64,000 bases of DNA from a bacterium (GCA_963693055.1 OY843751.1:2784001-2848000), one strand, 5' to 3'; counted from the stretch's first letter, positions 18,676 through 30,244 are shown. Notes: generated by a model from the sequence alone, not told the origin. A program made the numbers and translations.

Positions 18676-19287
18676 TCAATTTTCTTCCAGTTCCAGGTGC
18701 AAGTCACTACAAAGTATATTTTCAGTTACCGGAGATTTTTTAATCCGTAAATACATATCCAGCACACCTTCAAACTCACCAATTATATTACCGGAACCTT
18801 CGTAAGCATATGAAGATACTGGCGAATATTCATATATTGCTTCATGAACGCCTACAATAGCCTCATTTCGGGATTCAACAGGTTCATACTGTTCTACTTT
18901 AACTCCGGCAGGGATTTTTTTCATAATCGATTTCATATTGTGTGCAAATTCTTCAGTATAGATATGGAAATGAAATCTAAAATAGGCAGACTCTATTTTT
19001 TTTACTGCTTCAATATGAATACCAATGGATTCCTGTGATTGGTTTACAGCCAGTTTGAATTCACGTAGAACGTTTTCAGGTATGCATATTTGGGTACTAC
19101 AATGAAGTGAGAGATACTCTTTGAATACATCTCCAAATGTTTCTTTTTTAATACCGCCTTTACGTGGGAAAAAATAGGTAAAAGATGAACCCCGTCCCTG
19201 CATGAATCCTTGTACAAAACCTTTAACGATTGGGAATGGGGTATCGAGCGAGAGAACATAAAATAGAGTTGCCATGTTACACCTCAT
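18676..19287 (-). CDS. Hypothetical protein
   Basis: 203-aa ORF with an SD-like GAGGT before the second Met. Confidence 0.5.
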   Translation of the reverse strand: MRCNMATLFYVLSLDTPFPIVKGFVQGFMQGRGSSFTYFFPRKGGIKKETFGDVFKEYLSLHCSTQICIPENVLREFKLAVNQSQESIGIHIEAVKKIESAYFRFHFHIYTEEFAHNMKSIMKKIPAGVKVEQYEPVESRNEAIVGVHEAIYEYSPVSSYAYEGSGNIIGEFEGVLDMYLRIKKSPVTENILCSDLHLELEEN

Positions 19288-19510
19288 AAATAAAGTAAAT
19301 TTTTTATTTACTCATTTGAACACCAGCAAACCCGTAGTATATCGTCTTAAATTCATAACCAATTATTTTGCAATTTTGTTCCATGTATGCTTTTAATTCA
19401 TTATAACAGCAAATAGAAATTCCAATTCATTATTTTCATTTGAATTTCTTGATATTTTTTTTATATTAATAGTTTACAGTTTAAATATATTCACAATCAA
19501 AGGAAGTTAC

Positions 19511-21970
19511 ATGGCAGACGAGTTAAATTTCAATCAGATTGAAAAGAAATGGCAAACAAAATGGGAAGAAACTGAACTCTACAAGGTTAATCTCACTGAA
19601 ACTGAAAAAAAACTGTATTGCCTGGTCATGTTTCTATATCCCAGTGGAGATAAGCTGCATATTGGGCACTGGTATAATTATGGTCCCACAGATACATGGG
19701 CCAGGTTTAAACGAATGCAGGGATATAATGTTTTTGAACCCATGGGCTATGATGCGTTTGGTCTACCAGCCGAAAATTATGCTATCAAAGTCGGTGTACC
19801 TCCACAGACAAGTACAGATAATAATATTAAATATATTCGTGGTCAGTTAAAAGCCATGGGCGCCATGTACGACTGGACCAAAGAGATCAATACCAGTTCT
19901 CCTGAATACTATAAATGGACCCAGTGGTTATTTTTGCAATTGTATAAAAATAATCTTGCTTATCGAAAAAAAGCTTCTGTGAACTGGTGTCCCGATTGCC
20001 AGACCGTGCTTGCCAATGAGCAGGTAATTGATGGTCTGTGTGAAAGATGCGATTCTGAAGTAGAAATGAAAGATCTTGAACAATGGTTCTTTAAAATCAC
20101 AGATTATGCTGAGAGACTGTTAGAAGGGCATGATCGAATCGATTGGCCGGATAAAACAATTGCAATGCAAAAAAACTGGATCGGCAAAAGCATTGGCGCC
20201 ACTATAAAGTTTAAAGTTGAAAATAAAGATTCAGAGATTGAAGTTTTTACAACACGTCCCGATACAGTTTTTGGTGTTACTTATATGGTATTGGCTCCTG
20301 AAAGCGAACTGGTATCTAATTTAACAACAAAAGATAATGAAGATGATGTAAAAGAATACATTAAACAGACCCGCAGGACAAAAGAGATTGATAGACTCTC
20401 AACTGAACGGGAAAAAACCGGAGTATTTACCGGGAGTTACTGTATAAATCCATTTACAGGAGATAAAGTCCAGATCTGGATCGCTGATTACGTTCTTGTT
20501 ACTTATGGAACCGGTGCAGTTATGGCTGTGCCTGCTCACGATGAACGAGATTTTGCTTTTGCAAAAAAATACAATTTACCCATCAAAGAGGTTATATCTA
20601 AAAAAGGAGAATCCTCTAAAGAAGAACTTGAAGCGGCTTATACAGATCCCGGTGTAATGGTAAATTCCGGACAATTTGATGGAACAGAATCTACAAAAGG
20701 AAAACAGGCTATTATCGATTATATGCAGGAAAATAACATCGGTAACGCCAAAGTAAATTATAAATTGAGGGACTGGTTGATTTCCCGACAGCGCTATTGG
20801 GGAGCACCAATACCTATTATTTATTGTGATGATTGTGGACAAGTACCGGTTCCAGAAGATCAATTACCTGTTAAATTGCCCCAGGATGTTGAATTCAAGG
20901 GTAAAGGTGAATCTCCAATGTTATCAAGTGAATCATTCCTGAACGCACCATGTCCAAAATGTGGGAAAATGGGTAAACGAGAAATAGATACGATGGATAC
21001 GTTTGTATGTTCATCGTGGTATTTTCTGAGATATCCAAATCCCGATATGGATGATAAAGCCTTTGATAAAGAACGTATTAACAAATGGTTACCCGTAGAC
21101 CAATATGTTGGTGGTGCGGAACATGCTGTAATGCATTTATTGTATGCACGATTCTTTACCAAAGCATTATATGATTTTGGTTTGATCAATTTTGATGAAC
21201 CATTCAAAAAGCTTGTGCACCAGGGTGTAATTACCGCTGCCGGTGCAAAAATGTCTAAATCTCGTGGAAACGTAGTGAATCCCGATTCATTTGTTGAAAA
21301 ATATGGCTCAGATACGTTCAGATTATATATGATGTTTATGGGCGCCTATGAAGATGGCGGTGATTGGAACGATGACGGAATTGCAGGCATATATCGGTTT
21401 ATTAAACGCGTTTGGAGATTAATTGAGCAGCTAACAGAAGAAAAACCAACAGGTAAGGATAAAGATGAGAAATATGCGCCTGTTGAGCGTCAATTACATT
21501 ATGCAATCAAGCATGCTACTCAGGATCTGGATAGGTTTCATTTTAATACTGCAATCAGTCGTATTATGGAACTGGTAAACGAAATCTATTTATATTTGCA
21601 AGAGGTGCCAATTCAGCATCAATATGAGGGATTATTAACTGATGTCGCGATTAAACTTGTTAAATTAATTTCACCATTTGCACCGCATTTATCTGAAGAA
21701 ATGTGGGAAAAACTGGGACAACCATACAGTGTGTTTAATCAGGAATGGCCAGATTATGATGAAGACAAGCTGGTTTTGGATACTATCAACCTGGGAATTC
21801 AGGTTAATGGTAAAATCAGGGCCCAGATTCAAACATCGGCAGATGCAAGTGATGATGAAATTTTAAAATTAGCTTTGGCTGATGATAAAGTATCTAAACA
21901 TATTGAAGGCAAGAACATTGTCAAAAAGTTTGTTGTTCAAAAGAAACTTGTAATTATTGTTGTAAAATAA
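19511..21970 (+). CDS. leuS: Leucine--tRNA ligase
   Basis: MFLYPSG..LHIGH, TTRPDT, GTGAVMAVPAHD, SRQRYWG, KMSKS. Confidence 0.98.
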   Translation: MADELNFNQIEKKWQTKWEETELYKVNLTETEKKLYCLVMFLYPSGDKLHIGHWYNYGPTDTWARFKRMQGYNVFEPMGYDAFGLPAENYAIKVGVPPQTSTDNNIKYIRGQLKAMGAMYDWTKEINTSSPEYYKWTQWLFLQLYKNNLAYRKKASVNWCPDCQTVLANEQVIDGLCERCDSEVEMKDLEQWFFKITDYAERLLEGHDRIDWPDKTIAMQKNWIGKSIGATIKFKVENKDSEIEVFTTRPDTVFGVTYMVLAPESELVSNLTTKDNEDDVKEYIKQTRRTKEIDRLSTEREKTGVFTGSYCINPFTGDKVQIWIADYVLVTYGTGAVMAVPAHDERDFAFAKKYNLPIKEVISKKGESSKEELEAAYTDPGVMVNSGQFDGTESTKGKQAIIDYMQENNIGNAKVNYKLRDWLISRQRYWGAPIPIIYCDDCGQVPVPEDQLPVKLPQDVEFKGKGESPMLSSESFLNAPCPKCGKMGKREIDTMDTFVCSSWYFLRYPNPDMDDKAFDKERINKWLPVDQYVGGAEHAVMHLLYARFFTKALYDFGLINFDEPFKKLVHQGVITAAGAKMSKSRGNVVNPDSFVEKYGSDTFRLYMMFMGAYEDGGDWNDDGIAGIYRFIKRVWRLIEQLTEEKPTGKDKDEKYAPVERQLHYAIKHATQDLDRFHFNTAISRIMELVNEIYLYLQEVPIQHQYEGLLTDVAIKLVKLISPFAPHLSEEMWEKLGQPYSVFNQEWPDYDEDKLVLDTINLGIQVNGKIRAQIQTSADASDDEILKLALADDKVSKHIEGKNIVKKFVVQKKLVIIVVK

Positions 21971-21991
21971 TTAATAATTTACATTAAAAAG

Positions 21992-22030
21992 AAAAAGCGA
22001 TTCATTAATAAATAATGAATCGCTTTTTTT
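21992..22030. terminator. Bidirectional intrinsic terminator
   Basis: AAAAAGCGATTCATTA...TAATGAATCGCTTTTTTT between convergent genes. Confidence 0.8.
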
Positions 22031-22120
22031 ATATATACACACAAAAGGATAAACAGGGGATTAACTACACACACAAGTTAACATAACTATTATTATGCAT
22101 ATTATTCATAATATATCAGA

Positions 22121-23545
22121 TTATCCCATAACTTCTTTTATTGCGTCACGAGCTTTGGTTTTTAATGGTGATTTAAACTTTGACCAAACAATCTCTTCAA
22201 GGTTTTCAATGGCTTTGTCGTTTTCACCAATGCTTTTCAATGCTTTTCCAAGATAATATCTTGCAGTCAGATTGTGATTATTGATCTTTACTGCATCATC
22301 TAAAAAGCTGATACTCTCTGAAACTTTGTCAAGTTTAAACAAACTTTTACCAATCAATGTTAAAACCGAACTATCTTGTTTACCCATTTCAAAAGCATTA
22401 CGGGCTGATTGTCCAGAATTTTCATATTGTTCCGCTGCATCATAAATGATTGCTGCCTGCTTGAAAAATATTGGCCGACTGTCAGATTCATAAGCAATGG
22501 CTTTATTGATTGACATAATTGCGTCATCAAAATTTCCTGTACGTGCCTGACAAGATGCCAATGAAGCCCAAACCTCAACATCTGTTTCGCGGTATTTTAG
22601 ATATTCATTGTATCTTTCGATAGATTTTTCATATTTACCATCGATAAAGTATTGATATCCTTCAGCATACAGCAAATTTATATTTTCGGGTTCTTTGGTT
22701 CTTGCAAACTGTGTTTCTTCGGTTGGAATTACTATGGCTGATTGTGTTTCCTGCTTTTCCGGTACTTGAGTTTCCAGCTTTTTGATCATTTGATTCGCAA
22801 TTTCGATCATTTTTATATCTGTCGAAATTTTAGTTACAGCCCGGTAATATCGTATTGCGCTTTCCTGATCATTTAACAAGTTGTATAATTTACCCAAGCC
22901 TAGATAAGCTTTCGGCTCTTTGGGCGACAATTCAACAACACGATCAAAGCATTTTATTGCCTTTTCATATTTTGACAACATGCTGTACAAGGCACCTAGA
23001 TTGATCAATGCCTGGATGTTTTTCCGGCTTAGAAGCAAACCATTCCGTGTAAATTCTTCTGCTTTATCATATTTTTTTTGCTTGGAATATACACTACCCA
23101 GTACAAAATATGCTCTAAAATATACCGGACAAATGCGAATTGCTTCCAGACAGCAATCTATACCTTTGTCAGAATTTTGAGCTGAAAAATAACCAAGTCC
23201 GAGATTATAATGATAATCCGGATCAACGGGGTTAATTTCAATTGCACGCAACCATAATTCAATAGCTTTATCTACTTGCTTGCTTCTAATGGCTTCAAGT
23301 GCTTGTTTATTGAGCTCATCAGCCTCTTGTATAGTTGGATTAAAAATCCATGATATAATAGCCCTGTCTTCAAGCAGCTCAATTTCCTGAAGTTTTTCAG
23401 CACCTTTGAATCGTTCTTTGAGTAACTCAGCCAGAGAAGCGCGCTGCTCGTCTTCAGAAAGTAGTTGTAATTCCTGGTATTCCTGTATAAAGTCGGCTAA
23501 AAGAATCTCAACTTTAATTATTTTGTTTTTACTTGTCTCGGTCAT
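22121..23545 (-). CDS. Tetratricopeptide repeat protein
   Basis: Multiple TPR units (YHYNLGLGY, AYFVLGSVY, ALINLGALY, ARYYLGKAL). Confidence 0.85.
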   Translation of the reverse strand: MTETSKNKIIKVEILLADFIQEYQELQLLSEDEQRASLAELLKERFKGAEKLQEIELLEDRAIISWIFNPTIQEADELNKQALEAIRSKQVDKAIELWLRAIEINPVDPDYHYNLGLGYFSAQNSDKGIDCCLEAIRICPVYFRAYFVLGSVYSKQKKYDKAEEFTRNGLLLSRKNIQALINLGALYSMLSKYEKAIKCFDRVVELSPKEPKAYLGLGKLYNLLNDQESAIRYYRAVTKISTDIKMIEIANQMIKKLETQVPEKQETQSAIVIPTEETQFARTKEPENINLLYAEGYQYFIDGKYEKSIERYNEYLKYRETDVEVWASLASCQARTGNFDDAIMSINKAIAYESDSRPIFFKQAAIIYDAAEQYENSGQSARNAFEMGKQDSSVLTLIGKSLFKLDKVSESISFLDDAVKINNHNLTARYYLGKALKSIGENDKAIENLEEIVWSKFKSPLKTKARDAIKEVMG

Positions 23546-23602
23546 TGTCCATTTCTTCGATTTTTGTTATTTCCAGCTTTTAATATACATCATTATATAC
23601 AG

Positions 23603-25633
23603 TTATTCAAGCATTTTGCCGAATTGCACCAATAACTTTTTATTTTCATAGTAATTATAAGGTCCCGGATGAGGTCCTATATGATTTCTCATATGCGTTA
23701 CAACAATATTAGTTTCAGGAATAACTGCATTTACAACATTACCAGCTCCTGACATTACAAAGCCTCCTTCCTTTTCAAACAGCCACCAAAGAAGGCCATA
23801 ACTCCCACCATCGGAATCACGTATGCCATGATATTTCCAGATTTCCGGTTTGTCATGTGCATTAAAGTAATGATGTCCTTCAAATGTTCCATCACTTGCC
23901 ATGAGTTGACCAAAGCGATTAAATTCTCGTGCTGTGGTATACAATCCTGAACTGCATCGGGAACCTTTGTCAATAAATGCATAATGTTGAGCTGCATCAG
24001 AAAAATCGCCGGCTAAACATGGCAGCAATGGTAATTCATTTGTATAATCATAAACATACATCGTTTTTTCTGTATTTAATGGACCCAGTATTCTCTCATT
24101 TAATAATACTTCAAGATCCTTGCCAGCTGCTGCTTCAAGTACTCTTTCCAGAATATGCATACCCAGGGCTGAATATAAAAACACTTTACCCGGGTTATCT
24201 CTTATTTCTATGCGGGCAAGATCCAATGGTGGCACCATTACAATTCTACCATCAACCATATTGGCATCCGGTAAAAAAACTCCTGAAGTATGAGATGCCA
24301 GGTGTCTCAGTGTTACAGATTTGCGACTGAACGGCCCATTTCCATCAGATTTGAATGCCGGTAAAAATAAACCGACCGGTTCGTCTAATTTTATAAGACT
24401 ATCCTTCATCATAGACAACATCAAGGCTGAAATATAGGATTTTGTACACGAAAACAATGGCCACATTGAGTTTTCATTTATTTCAGATTCGGGTTTTTGA
24501 GGTTCAGTACCGGTAAAATACTTTTCATAAAGAATTTCAGGCCCTTTACTCACAATCAAAGCACCTGATGTTGGTTGCAATGCATCCATTGTTTTCAATA
24601 CAGCATTTTCCAAGTCAACAATATCCGGATCATTAGCATTAAAAACGATTGGCTGCCGAGTATAATCTGCTATCGCATTATAAACCATTTCATCATCATT
24701 TTTACCATTAAATTCAAATGGATAATGTTGATTCAATTCCAGGTTCATATAACCCCATGAACATTTATTTTCAACACATGCGCGCAACGCATTAACAGCT
24801 TTAATTCCTGTTTTAGCATCTTCGTTACATACAATAGGCTTATCAAAAACTTGAAGCGCTTTTATCCTCTCAGGGATTGTTTCGGCAGGCGTATTATTAA
24901 AATGCACAAGTATATAGTCGCATGCTTTGGCCAATTGAGGATTCATCTTGCCATCACCCAATCCGCTAGTGGAAACCAGCAATTCATTGCTAATTCTTTT
25001 GGCAATATCTATTAGCTCAAGTTGCCCTTTAACTGTTTTAATTATCTCATGGTCATAGCCAGAATGCGGGTATTCATTAGCAATTTCCAGCAAAACGTTG
25101 CTATGTTGATTATCAGACACCCATTTACAAACTTTAACAACTGCATTTTTCACAGCATTAGCATCCTGAAGAATCTGGTCCTGTCTTTGATAAAAGCAGC
25201 CCAATATAACTACCATTTCATTTTTGCTGCAAGCTCGGATAACTTTGTCGACACGTTTCATGTATTCGTCATCCAGCTCTCCGTTTTTATCAAAGGCTGA
25301 ATTCACTGCTCCCTCATATCCCGGCATTCCGCCTTGAAGATTTAGCGTGAATGCTGTAACTCCTTGCTGTTTATAGAGTTTTATTGATTGTATAAAGTTC
25401 TCCGTATTGGCTTCCGGAAAAAATTCTGGCTTTGATTTGTCAGCAAAAATGCTATTCACCATTCTTGTATTGAATAACAAACCTTTTGCCGGTGTATTTG
25501 GATTTGTAACATTGCCGTTAACTGTCCAGTCTTTGTCTTTAATTGCAACAACCGTTCTTGTTGTTGATTGACAACCAATCGTGACTATTAGAATTGTTAA
25601 CAAGAAAAAACTTGAAATATTTATTTTACTCAT
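23603..25633 (-). CDS. Lipoprotein: glycoside-hydrolase-like TIM barrel fused to a beta-lactamase-family serine hydrolase
   Basis: N-half has LLEIANEY and PIVCNED; C-half has FSCTKS (SxxK), TLRHLASHTSG, PG..F.YS, YGLLWW. Confidence 0.7.
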   Translation of the reverse strand: MSKINISSFFLLTILIVTIGCQSTTRTVVAIKDKDWTVNGNVTNPNTPAKGLLFNTRMVNSIFADKSKPEFFPEANTENFIQSIKLYKQQGVTAFTLNLQGGMPGYEGAVNSAFDKNGELDDEYMKRVDKVIRACSKNEMVVILGCFYQRQDQILQDANAVKNAVVKVCKWVSDNQHSNVLLEIANEYPHSGYDHEIIKTVKGQLELIDIAKRISNELLVSTSGLGDGKMNPQLAKACDYILVHFNNTPAETIPERIKALQVFDKPIVCNEDAKTGIKAVNALRACVENKCSWGYMNLELNQHYPFEFNGKNDDEMVYNAIADYTRQPIVFNANDPDIVDLENAVLKTMDALQPTSGALIVSKGPEILYEKYFTGTEPQKPESEINENSMWPLFSCTKSYISALMLSMMKDSLIKLDEPVGLFLPAFKSDGNGPFSRKSVTLRHLASHTSGVFLPDANMVDGRIVMVPPLDLARIEIRDNPGKVFLYSALGMHILERVLEAAAGKDLEVLLNERILGPLNTEKTMYVYDYTNELPLLPCLAGDFSDAAQHYAFIDKGSRCSSGLYTTAREFNRFGQLMASDGTFEGHHYFNAHDKPEIWKYHGIRDSDGGSYGLLWWLFEKEGGFVMSGAGNVVNAVIPETNIVVTHMRNHIGPHPGPYNYYENKKLLVQFGKMLE

Positions 25634-25646
25634 CCTTCGTTCCATT

Positions 25647-26630
25647 TTAGCAAAATTTGCCGTCAGTGTAATCTTTACGAGCCCAGCATAGTGCATGTGG
25701 TCCTGCAAGATGTGCCATTCTTCCTTCAAGCGATTTATTAGATGAATCTACGTTCTCAAGACCAGCCAATTCGATTACCAACGCCACATTCTCTTCAAGT
25801 GTCTGAATTCCATAATGACCTATTAGGGCAGTTGCGATCCCCGGCTGTGACAAGGCATAACTCATTAATTCTCTTGCAGAAGCTTCTTTACCTACAATAT
25901 CCCGCATGACTTTCATGGCGAGTGTGCCAATTTTTCGTTGTCTCGCTGAGGGCAAGGCAACTTTAGCAAAGTCACCATATTGCGTAGGATTCATTGCCAG
26001 AATACAAACATCCGGATCCAATTTTTCAATAAATTCTCTGGATTTTTCTGCACTATTCATACTTGAAAAACCAATATTTCGGGCAACACCTTGTTCCTTG
26101 AGTGACCGCATCTTGTTATAAACACCTTGTTCAATACTTGAAATGTCCTCATTGGAATCAATGCTGTGTACCATCAACACATCAACATAATCAGTCTTTA
26201 AATCTTTTAAGCTTTTTTCAAACTCTTTCATTGCACCATCTACATCACGTGAATCAAATTTTGTAGAGATATATACATCTTTTCTGTATTTTGGCAAAAT
26301 CAGCCCCAAACGCTGTTCGCTGCTCATAGATGCATTAAATAAATAAGATGAGCTGGTATCAAAATAGTTAACCCCCAATTCAATGGCACGTTCAAGCAAC
26401 GGTTCCCATTCACCATCAGGATTTTTCAAGAATTGTGAGCCACAACCAAATGATAACATTGATACTTCAAGTCCGGTTGCTCCCAGAGTTCTTTTAGGCA
26501 TTAAAGCTGTTATAGTTTTTTGTTGAGACTGTTTTTTTACACAACCTGGTACCATTGAAACCGCTGCAGCTGTACTTGCGGTTTGTATAAACTGGCGTCT
26601 GGAAATATGATGATTATTTTCATTAAACAT
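25647..26630 (-). CDS. Aldo/keto reductase with Tat signal
   Basis: SRRQFI Tat motif; R.LG.TGLEVS, GVNYFDT, STKF, DYVD, MKVM. Confidence 0.85.
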   Translation of the reverse strand: MFNENNHHISRRQFIQTASTAAAVSMVPGCVKKQSQQKTITALMPKRTLGATGLEVSMLSFGCGSQFLKNPDGEWEPLLERAIELGVNYFDTSSSYLFNASMSSEQRLGLILPKYRKDVYISTKFDSRDVDGAMKEFEKSLKDLKTDYVDVLMVHSIDSNEDISSIEQGVYNKMRSLKEQGVARNIGFSSMNSAEKSREFIEKLDPDVCILAMNPTQYGDFAKVALPSARQRKIGTLAMKVMRDIVGKEASARELMSYALSQPGIATALIGHYGIQTLEENVALVIELAGLENVDSSNKSLEGRMAHLAGPHALCWARKDYTDGKFC

Positions 26631-26648
26631 GTTGTTCTCCTGTCCAAT

Positions 26649-29177
26649 TTAAAATGCAAGTAAAAAGGTCCTGAGTTGGTTTTTGCCGATTTCAAAAGTA
26701 AAGCTGTGTTCGTCTAATGAAACAGGACTTTTAAAATCTATTTGTTTCTCTATATGATTTGTTTCATTTATTGATCTGAGAGGACCTGGTAAATTAACTG
26801 TCACTTTGCCATCCCTCCCTTGCGTTTCAAAAATTCGTAAAACTAAATTGTTGGGATTCCAGTCACCTTGCTGCACCTTGATTACCGACAAAACCACATG
26901 ATCACTCTCGATACTGAAAAAAGAATGTTCAGCAGGTAAACTTTTTTGGATGGATTGGAGAGGAGCACGTTTTCCCGGTAAATCTCCAGTGTGCAGATTC
27001 TCCTGCTTTACGAGCAGTGGGCGATTAAATTCAAGAGATTGTTGAAACACATTTGCTTGCTTCCAATCACCTTGATGCGGATATACAGCATAGCCAAACG
27101 AGTGTACTCCCTCGTCCATTCTGGGATCCATATCACGTGCACCATGAACCACAGATGCTGATAATGTATTTTTGTTTACGTCAAATCCATATTTTCCATT
27201 GTTAAGTAATGCAAAGCCAGTCTGCTCAGTAGATAGATCGATCCAGTTTTGTGCCGGCCAAACAATACCATCTTTTTTTCTTTCAATATAACCATAGGGT
27301 TGTTCAAAAACCGCTATACCATTATCAATTGCAGTAGGAAACGAAACTTTGAGTAATTTATCATGCTCATGCCAGTCAACTGTCATCTCGAATTCAATTC
27401 GGGCAGAATGTGATTTTAATATCAATTTTCTTACAATTGATGAAGTATTGTTGATATAATCTGTCCATTTTAAGATGATTTTTGCAGGTCCATCACATAT
27501 CACCTGAGGTGTATTGTTTTCAGGCTTTATTTCATCTAATTTATCAGCAATGTTCAAGTTCCAACTGCTACTATTTTGTTCAACAAAAAGATTTAAAACA
27601 TTACCTTTTCCTTCTAAAATGGATTCACCAGATAAAAGATTTATTATATCAAGCTCTCCATGAGAGTCCCATGATATCTTGAAAAAATGATTTGAAACGG
27701 AATAGGTGGTATATTTTAAATCTGAATTCAAAAGAACTGGTTTTGCATTAACAACCCGATACATTTTATAACCAACCGGTGGTATATTTTCAGCAAGGAA
27801 AGACACATTTGCTGATAAACCATCTTGAGCTATATCATTAATCTGAAATAAAACAGGATTCCCGGATGAATCCATGATGCTGAAATCTTTGGTATTACGA
27901 ATAAATTCTATAGATGCATCTACAACATCAGTCCGTTTCCAGGATAAAGGATTATAAACAACCAAGGGGATTCCCTCACCTCGGGTATCAATGCGTGATC
28001 CTATGACCTCTAATCCATATTTTAATAACCTATTACCTTCCTCGTCAAGATGCTTGTAATCGTTTAAAGCATCATCAAATACATCTCCAATGGATGTGCC
28101 GGGTAGAATATCATGAAATTGGTTTAGTAAAATTATTTTCCATCCATCTCTAAAATCTACTCGAGGAAACAAGGGCTTTTTTTGCAGCATTGTACCAATT
28201 GTTGCAAATGTTTCAGCCGTAAGAAAAAGGTTTTCCATATCCCGGTTGGCTTTTTTGATACGTGCCTGTGAAACAAATGAACCTCGCCATTGGCTGGCAA
28301 AATTTGAATTTTCTTCGCCAAAAAGTCCCAATTCGCCGTGGTATGTATCAAATTTTTTATTTTTAACATCCAACTCTTGAAAATATGTTTCTGGAGTTAC
28401 ATACCTGAATTTATATTCGGGATGTTCTTTTTTTAAGCGCTCCATATTATCAATATCGGGCTTACGGGGACCGCCGCCATGATCACCCTCACCAAACAAC
28501 ACCATTACTTTATCAATATCCGAGATTGCTGACCAGGTATCTGCAATCTCTAACAATTTATTATCAATTTTCACATTATAATGATGCGGTGCCTTGTAAG
28601 CCAACACCTGAGAACCATCCGGACTCTGCCACCAGAATACTTTTTTATCATTCGGAGCTCCCCTGCCAAATACATAATATTGGATTCCGCAACCGCTGTA
28701 AATCATAGGCAAAGTTAGCGCTTGCCCGCAAAAAGAATCCGGAACCCAGGCAATATTTACAGGATCAATATTGAGATACTTTTCATTGAATTCGTTTCCA
28801 ATCAGGAATTGGCGAATCAATGATTCACCGGAAGGTAGAATGGCATCTGGTTCTATCCATTGTCCCCCGGTTACAGACCAGCGTCCCTCTTTATTTTTTT
28901 GTTTCATGAGCTCAAACAAGCCAGGGTATTTAATTCTTGCAATATCATATAGTGCCATTTGACTCTGAGCAAATGTAAGATCGGGTACAACGTCCATCAT
29001 TTTTATGACACCTTCAAACGTATCAGGAGTTACCCGATCTGCAGTTTCATTCAAACGCCATCGATATGCCATATCAATATGAGCATTACCAACGAGATCA
29101 ATTTCCCGCTTGATATCACTACCATAAATATTTGTGATTATTATTATAAAGACAAAATATTTCAAAATATTCTTCAT
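26649..29177 (-). CDS. Alpha-mannosidase, glycoside hydrolase family 38
   Basis: GNAHID.A.RW, SGESLIRQF, W.PDSF, GDHGGGP, NQFHDILPGTSI. Confidence 0.92.
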   Translation of the reverse strand: MKNILKYFVFIIIITNIYGSDIKREIDLVGNAHIDMAYRWRLNETADRVTPDTFEGVIKMMDVVPDLTFAQSQMALYDIARIKYPGLFELMKQKNKEGRWSVTGGQWIEPDAILPSGESLIRQFLIGNEFNEKYLNIDPVNIAWVPDSFCGQALTLPMIYSGCGIQYYVFGRGAPNDKKVFWWQSPDGSQVLAYKAPHHYNVKIDNKLLEIADTWSAISDIDKVMVLFGEGDHGGGPRKPDIDNMERLKKEHPEYKFRYVTPETYFQELDVKNKKFDTYHGELGLFGEENSNFASQWRGSFVSQARIKKANRDMENLFLTAETFATIGTMLQKKPLFPRVDFRDGWKIILLNQFHDILPGTSIGDVFDDALNDYKHLDEEGNRLLKYGLEVIGSRIDTRGEGIPLVVYNPLSWKRTDVVDASIEFIRNTKDFSIMDSSGNPVLFQINDIAQDGLSANVSFLAENIPPVGYKMYRVVNAKPVLLNSDLKYTTYSVSNHFFKISWDSHGELDIINLLSGESILEGKGNVLNLFVEQNSSSWNLNIADKLDEIKPENNTPQVICDGPAKIILKWTDYINNTSSIVRKLILKSHSARIEFEMTVDWHEHDKLLKVSFPTAIDNGIAVFEQPYGYIERKKDGIVWPAQNWIDLSTEQTGFALLNNGKYGFDVNKNTLSASVVHGARDMDPRMDEGVHSFGYAVYPHQGDWKQANVFQQSLEFNRPLLVKQENLHTGDLPGKRAPLQSIQKSLPAEHSFFSIESDHVVLSVIKVQQGDWNPNNLVLRIFETQGRDGKVTVNLPGPLRSINETNHIEKQIDFKSPVSLDEHSFTFEIGKNQLRTFLLAF

Positions 29178-29179
29178 GG

Positions 29180-30244
29180 TTATTCTGCTTTCCGTAAAAG
29201 TAATTCCATATCGTATCCGTTATCAAAAAAAATCATTTTATTGTCTTTAAGCATTTCTAGAATAGCATTCACAGGTGTAGCGATAGTTATTCCATAATTT
29301 AGAAAACGTACATGGCGGTTATATATATCCTGTTGATATAGTGTATTATTGTCATAATGACCGGATGCCGGATCCGGTACCAGCACATTATACAAATCCG
29401 CTGTTGCACTGGTTGCAATACCCAGGATCTCAAAATTGGGTACCCCCTGTTTAACACCTACAATCAAACCTCCACTAAATCCGTAATTAAACATGGTATC
29501 AATCAAAAAATTTCTACGATTGTTACGATCAGGTTCAGATATCATTCCCTGTGTTAGCATTTTATACCCTTTGGGGTACCCTGCGAGATATACCAATGTT
29601 CCCCACTCGAGTTTTGAAGAATCTCCAAAAGGATAAGGTATTGCAGGTACAAGATATTGTTCATCGTCTTGTAGTTCCAGCCCAAGAACAATTATATCGT
29701 TTTGAGGGTCCTGAGCTAAAATATTCAAAGTCTTGTATTCAGGCATATCCGACGAGTAATGCTTTTCACTTTGCTTAATCGAAATGCTTGAAACAAATTT
29801 TTCACCGTTACCTGAATCAAAATAGGTAACAAGTGTATCCGGATGATTAAAAATATGCGCACTGGACAATATAGCAATGTGTTTATTGTAATTATAGATA
29901 ATTGTTCCTGTGCCGTATGCAGATACATTATCGTACTTTATAGATTGAGCATTGTCATTGTTTGTATCTATTGTGGCAATATTTGATCGTATAATTTTAG
30001 ACTCGGGTTCAAAAAAAATCGTTCGATAGTTTGCAGATGAATTCATAACAATTATAGATCGAAGCAAAGTTTTAAAATAAGGAACTTTTGATCCGGTTGG
30101 AACCCGGTAGTCATAAACTGCTTGTGAAAGCTCGATATCTTTATTTTGTACTACATTACTGCATTGAAAAATAAGAACAACCGCGATAAATATGTAAATT
30201 ATTTTAAATTTTAAATCCATAAATATCCTGATATTGATATCCAT
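29180..30244 (-). CDS. Trypsin-like serine protease domain lipoprotein
   Basis: SSAH, ND, GDS, AGYP, GFSGG catalytic-triad-like motifs. Confidence 0.7.
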   Translation of the reverse strand: MDINIRIFMDLKFKIIYIFIAVVLIFQCSNVVQNKDIELSQAVYDYRVPTGSKVPYFKTLLRSIIVMNSSANYRTIFFEPESKIIRSNIATIDTNNDNAQSIKYDNVSAYGTGTIIYNYNKHIAILSSAHIFNHPDTLVTYFDSGNGEKFVSSISIKQSEKHYSSDMPEYKTLNILAQDPQNDIIVLGLELQDDEQYLVPAIPYPFGDSSKLEWGTLVYLAGYPKGYKMLTQGMISEPDRNNRRNFLIDTMFNYGFSGGLIVGVKQGVPNFEILGIATSATADLYNVLVPDPASGHYDNNTLYQQDIYNRHVRFLNYGITIATPVNAILEMLKDNKMIFFDNGYDMELLLRKAE

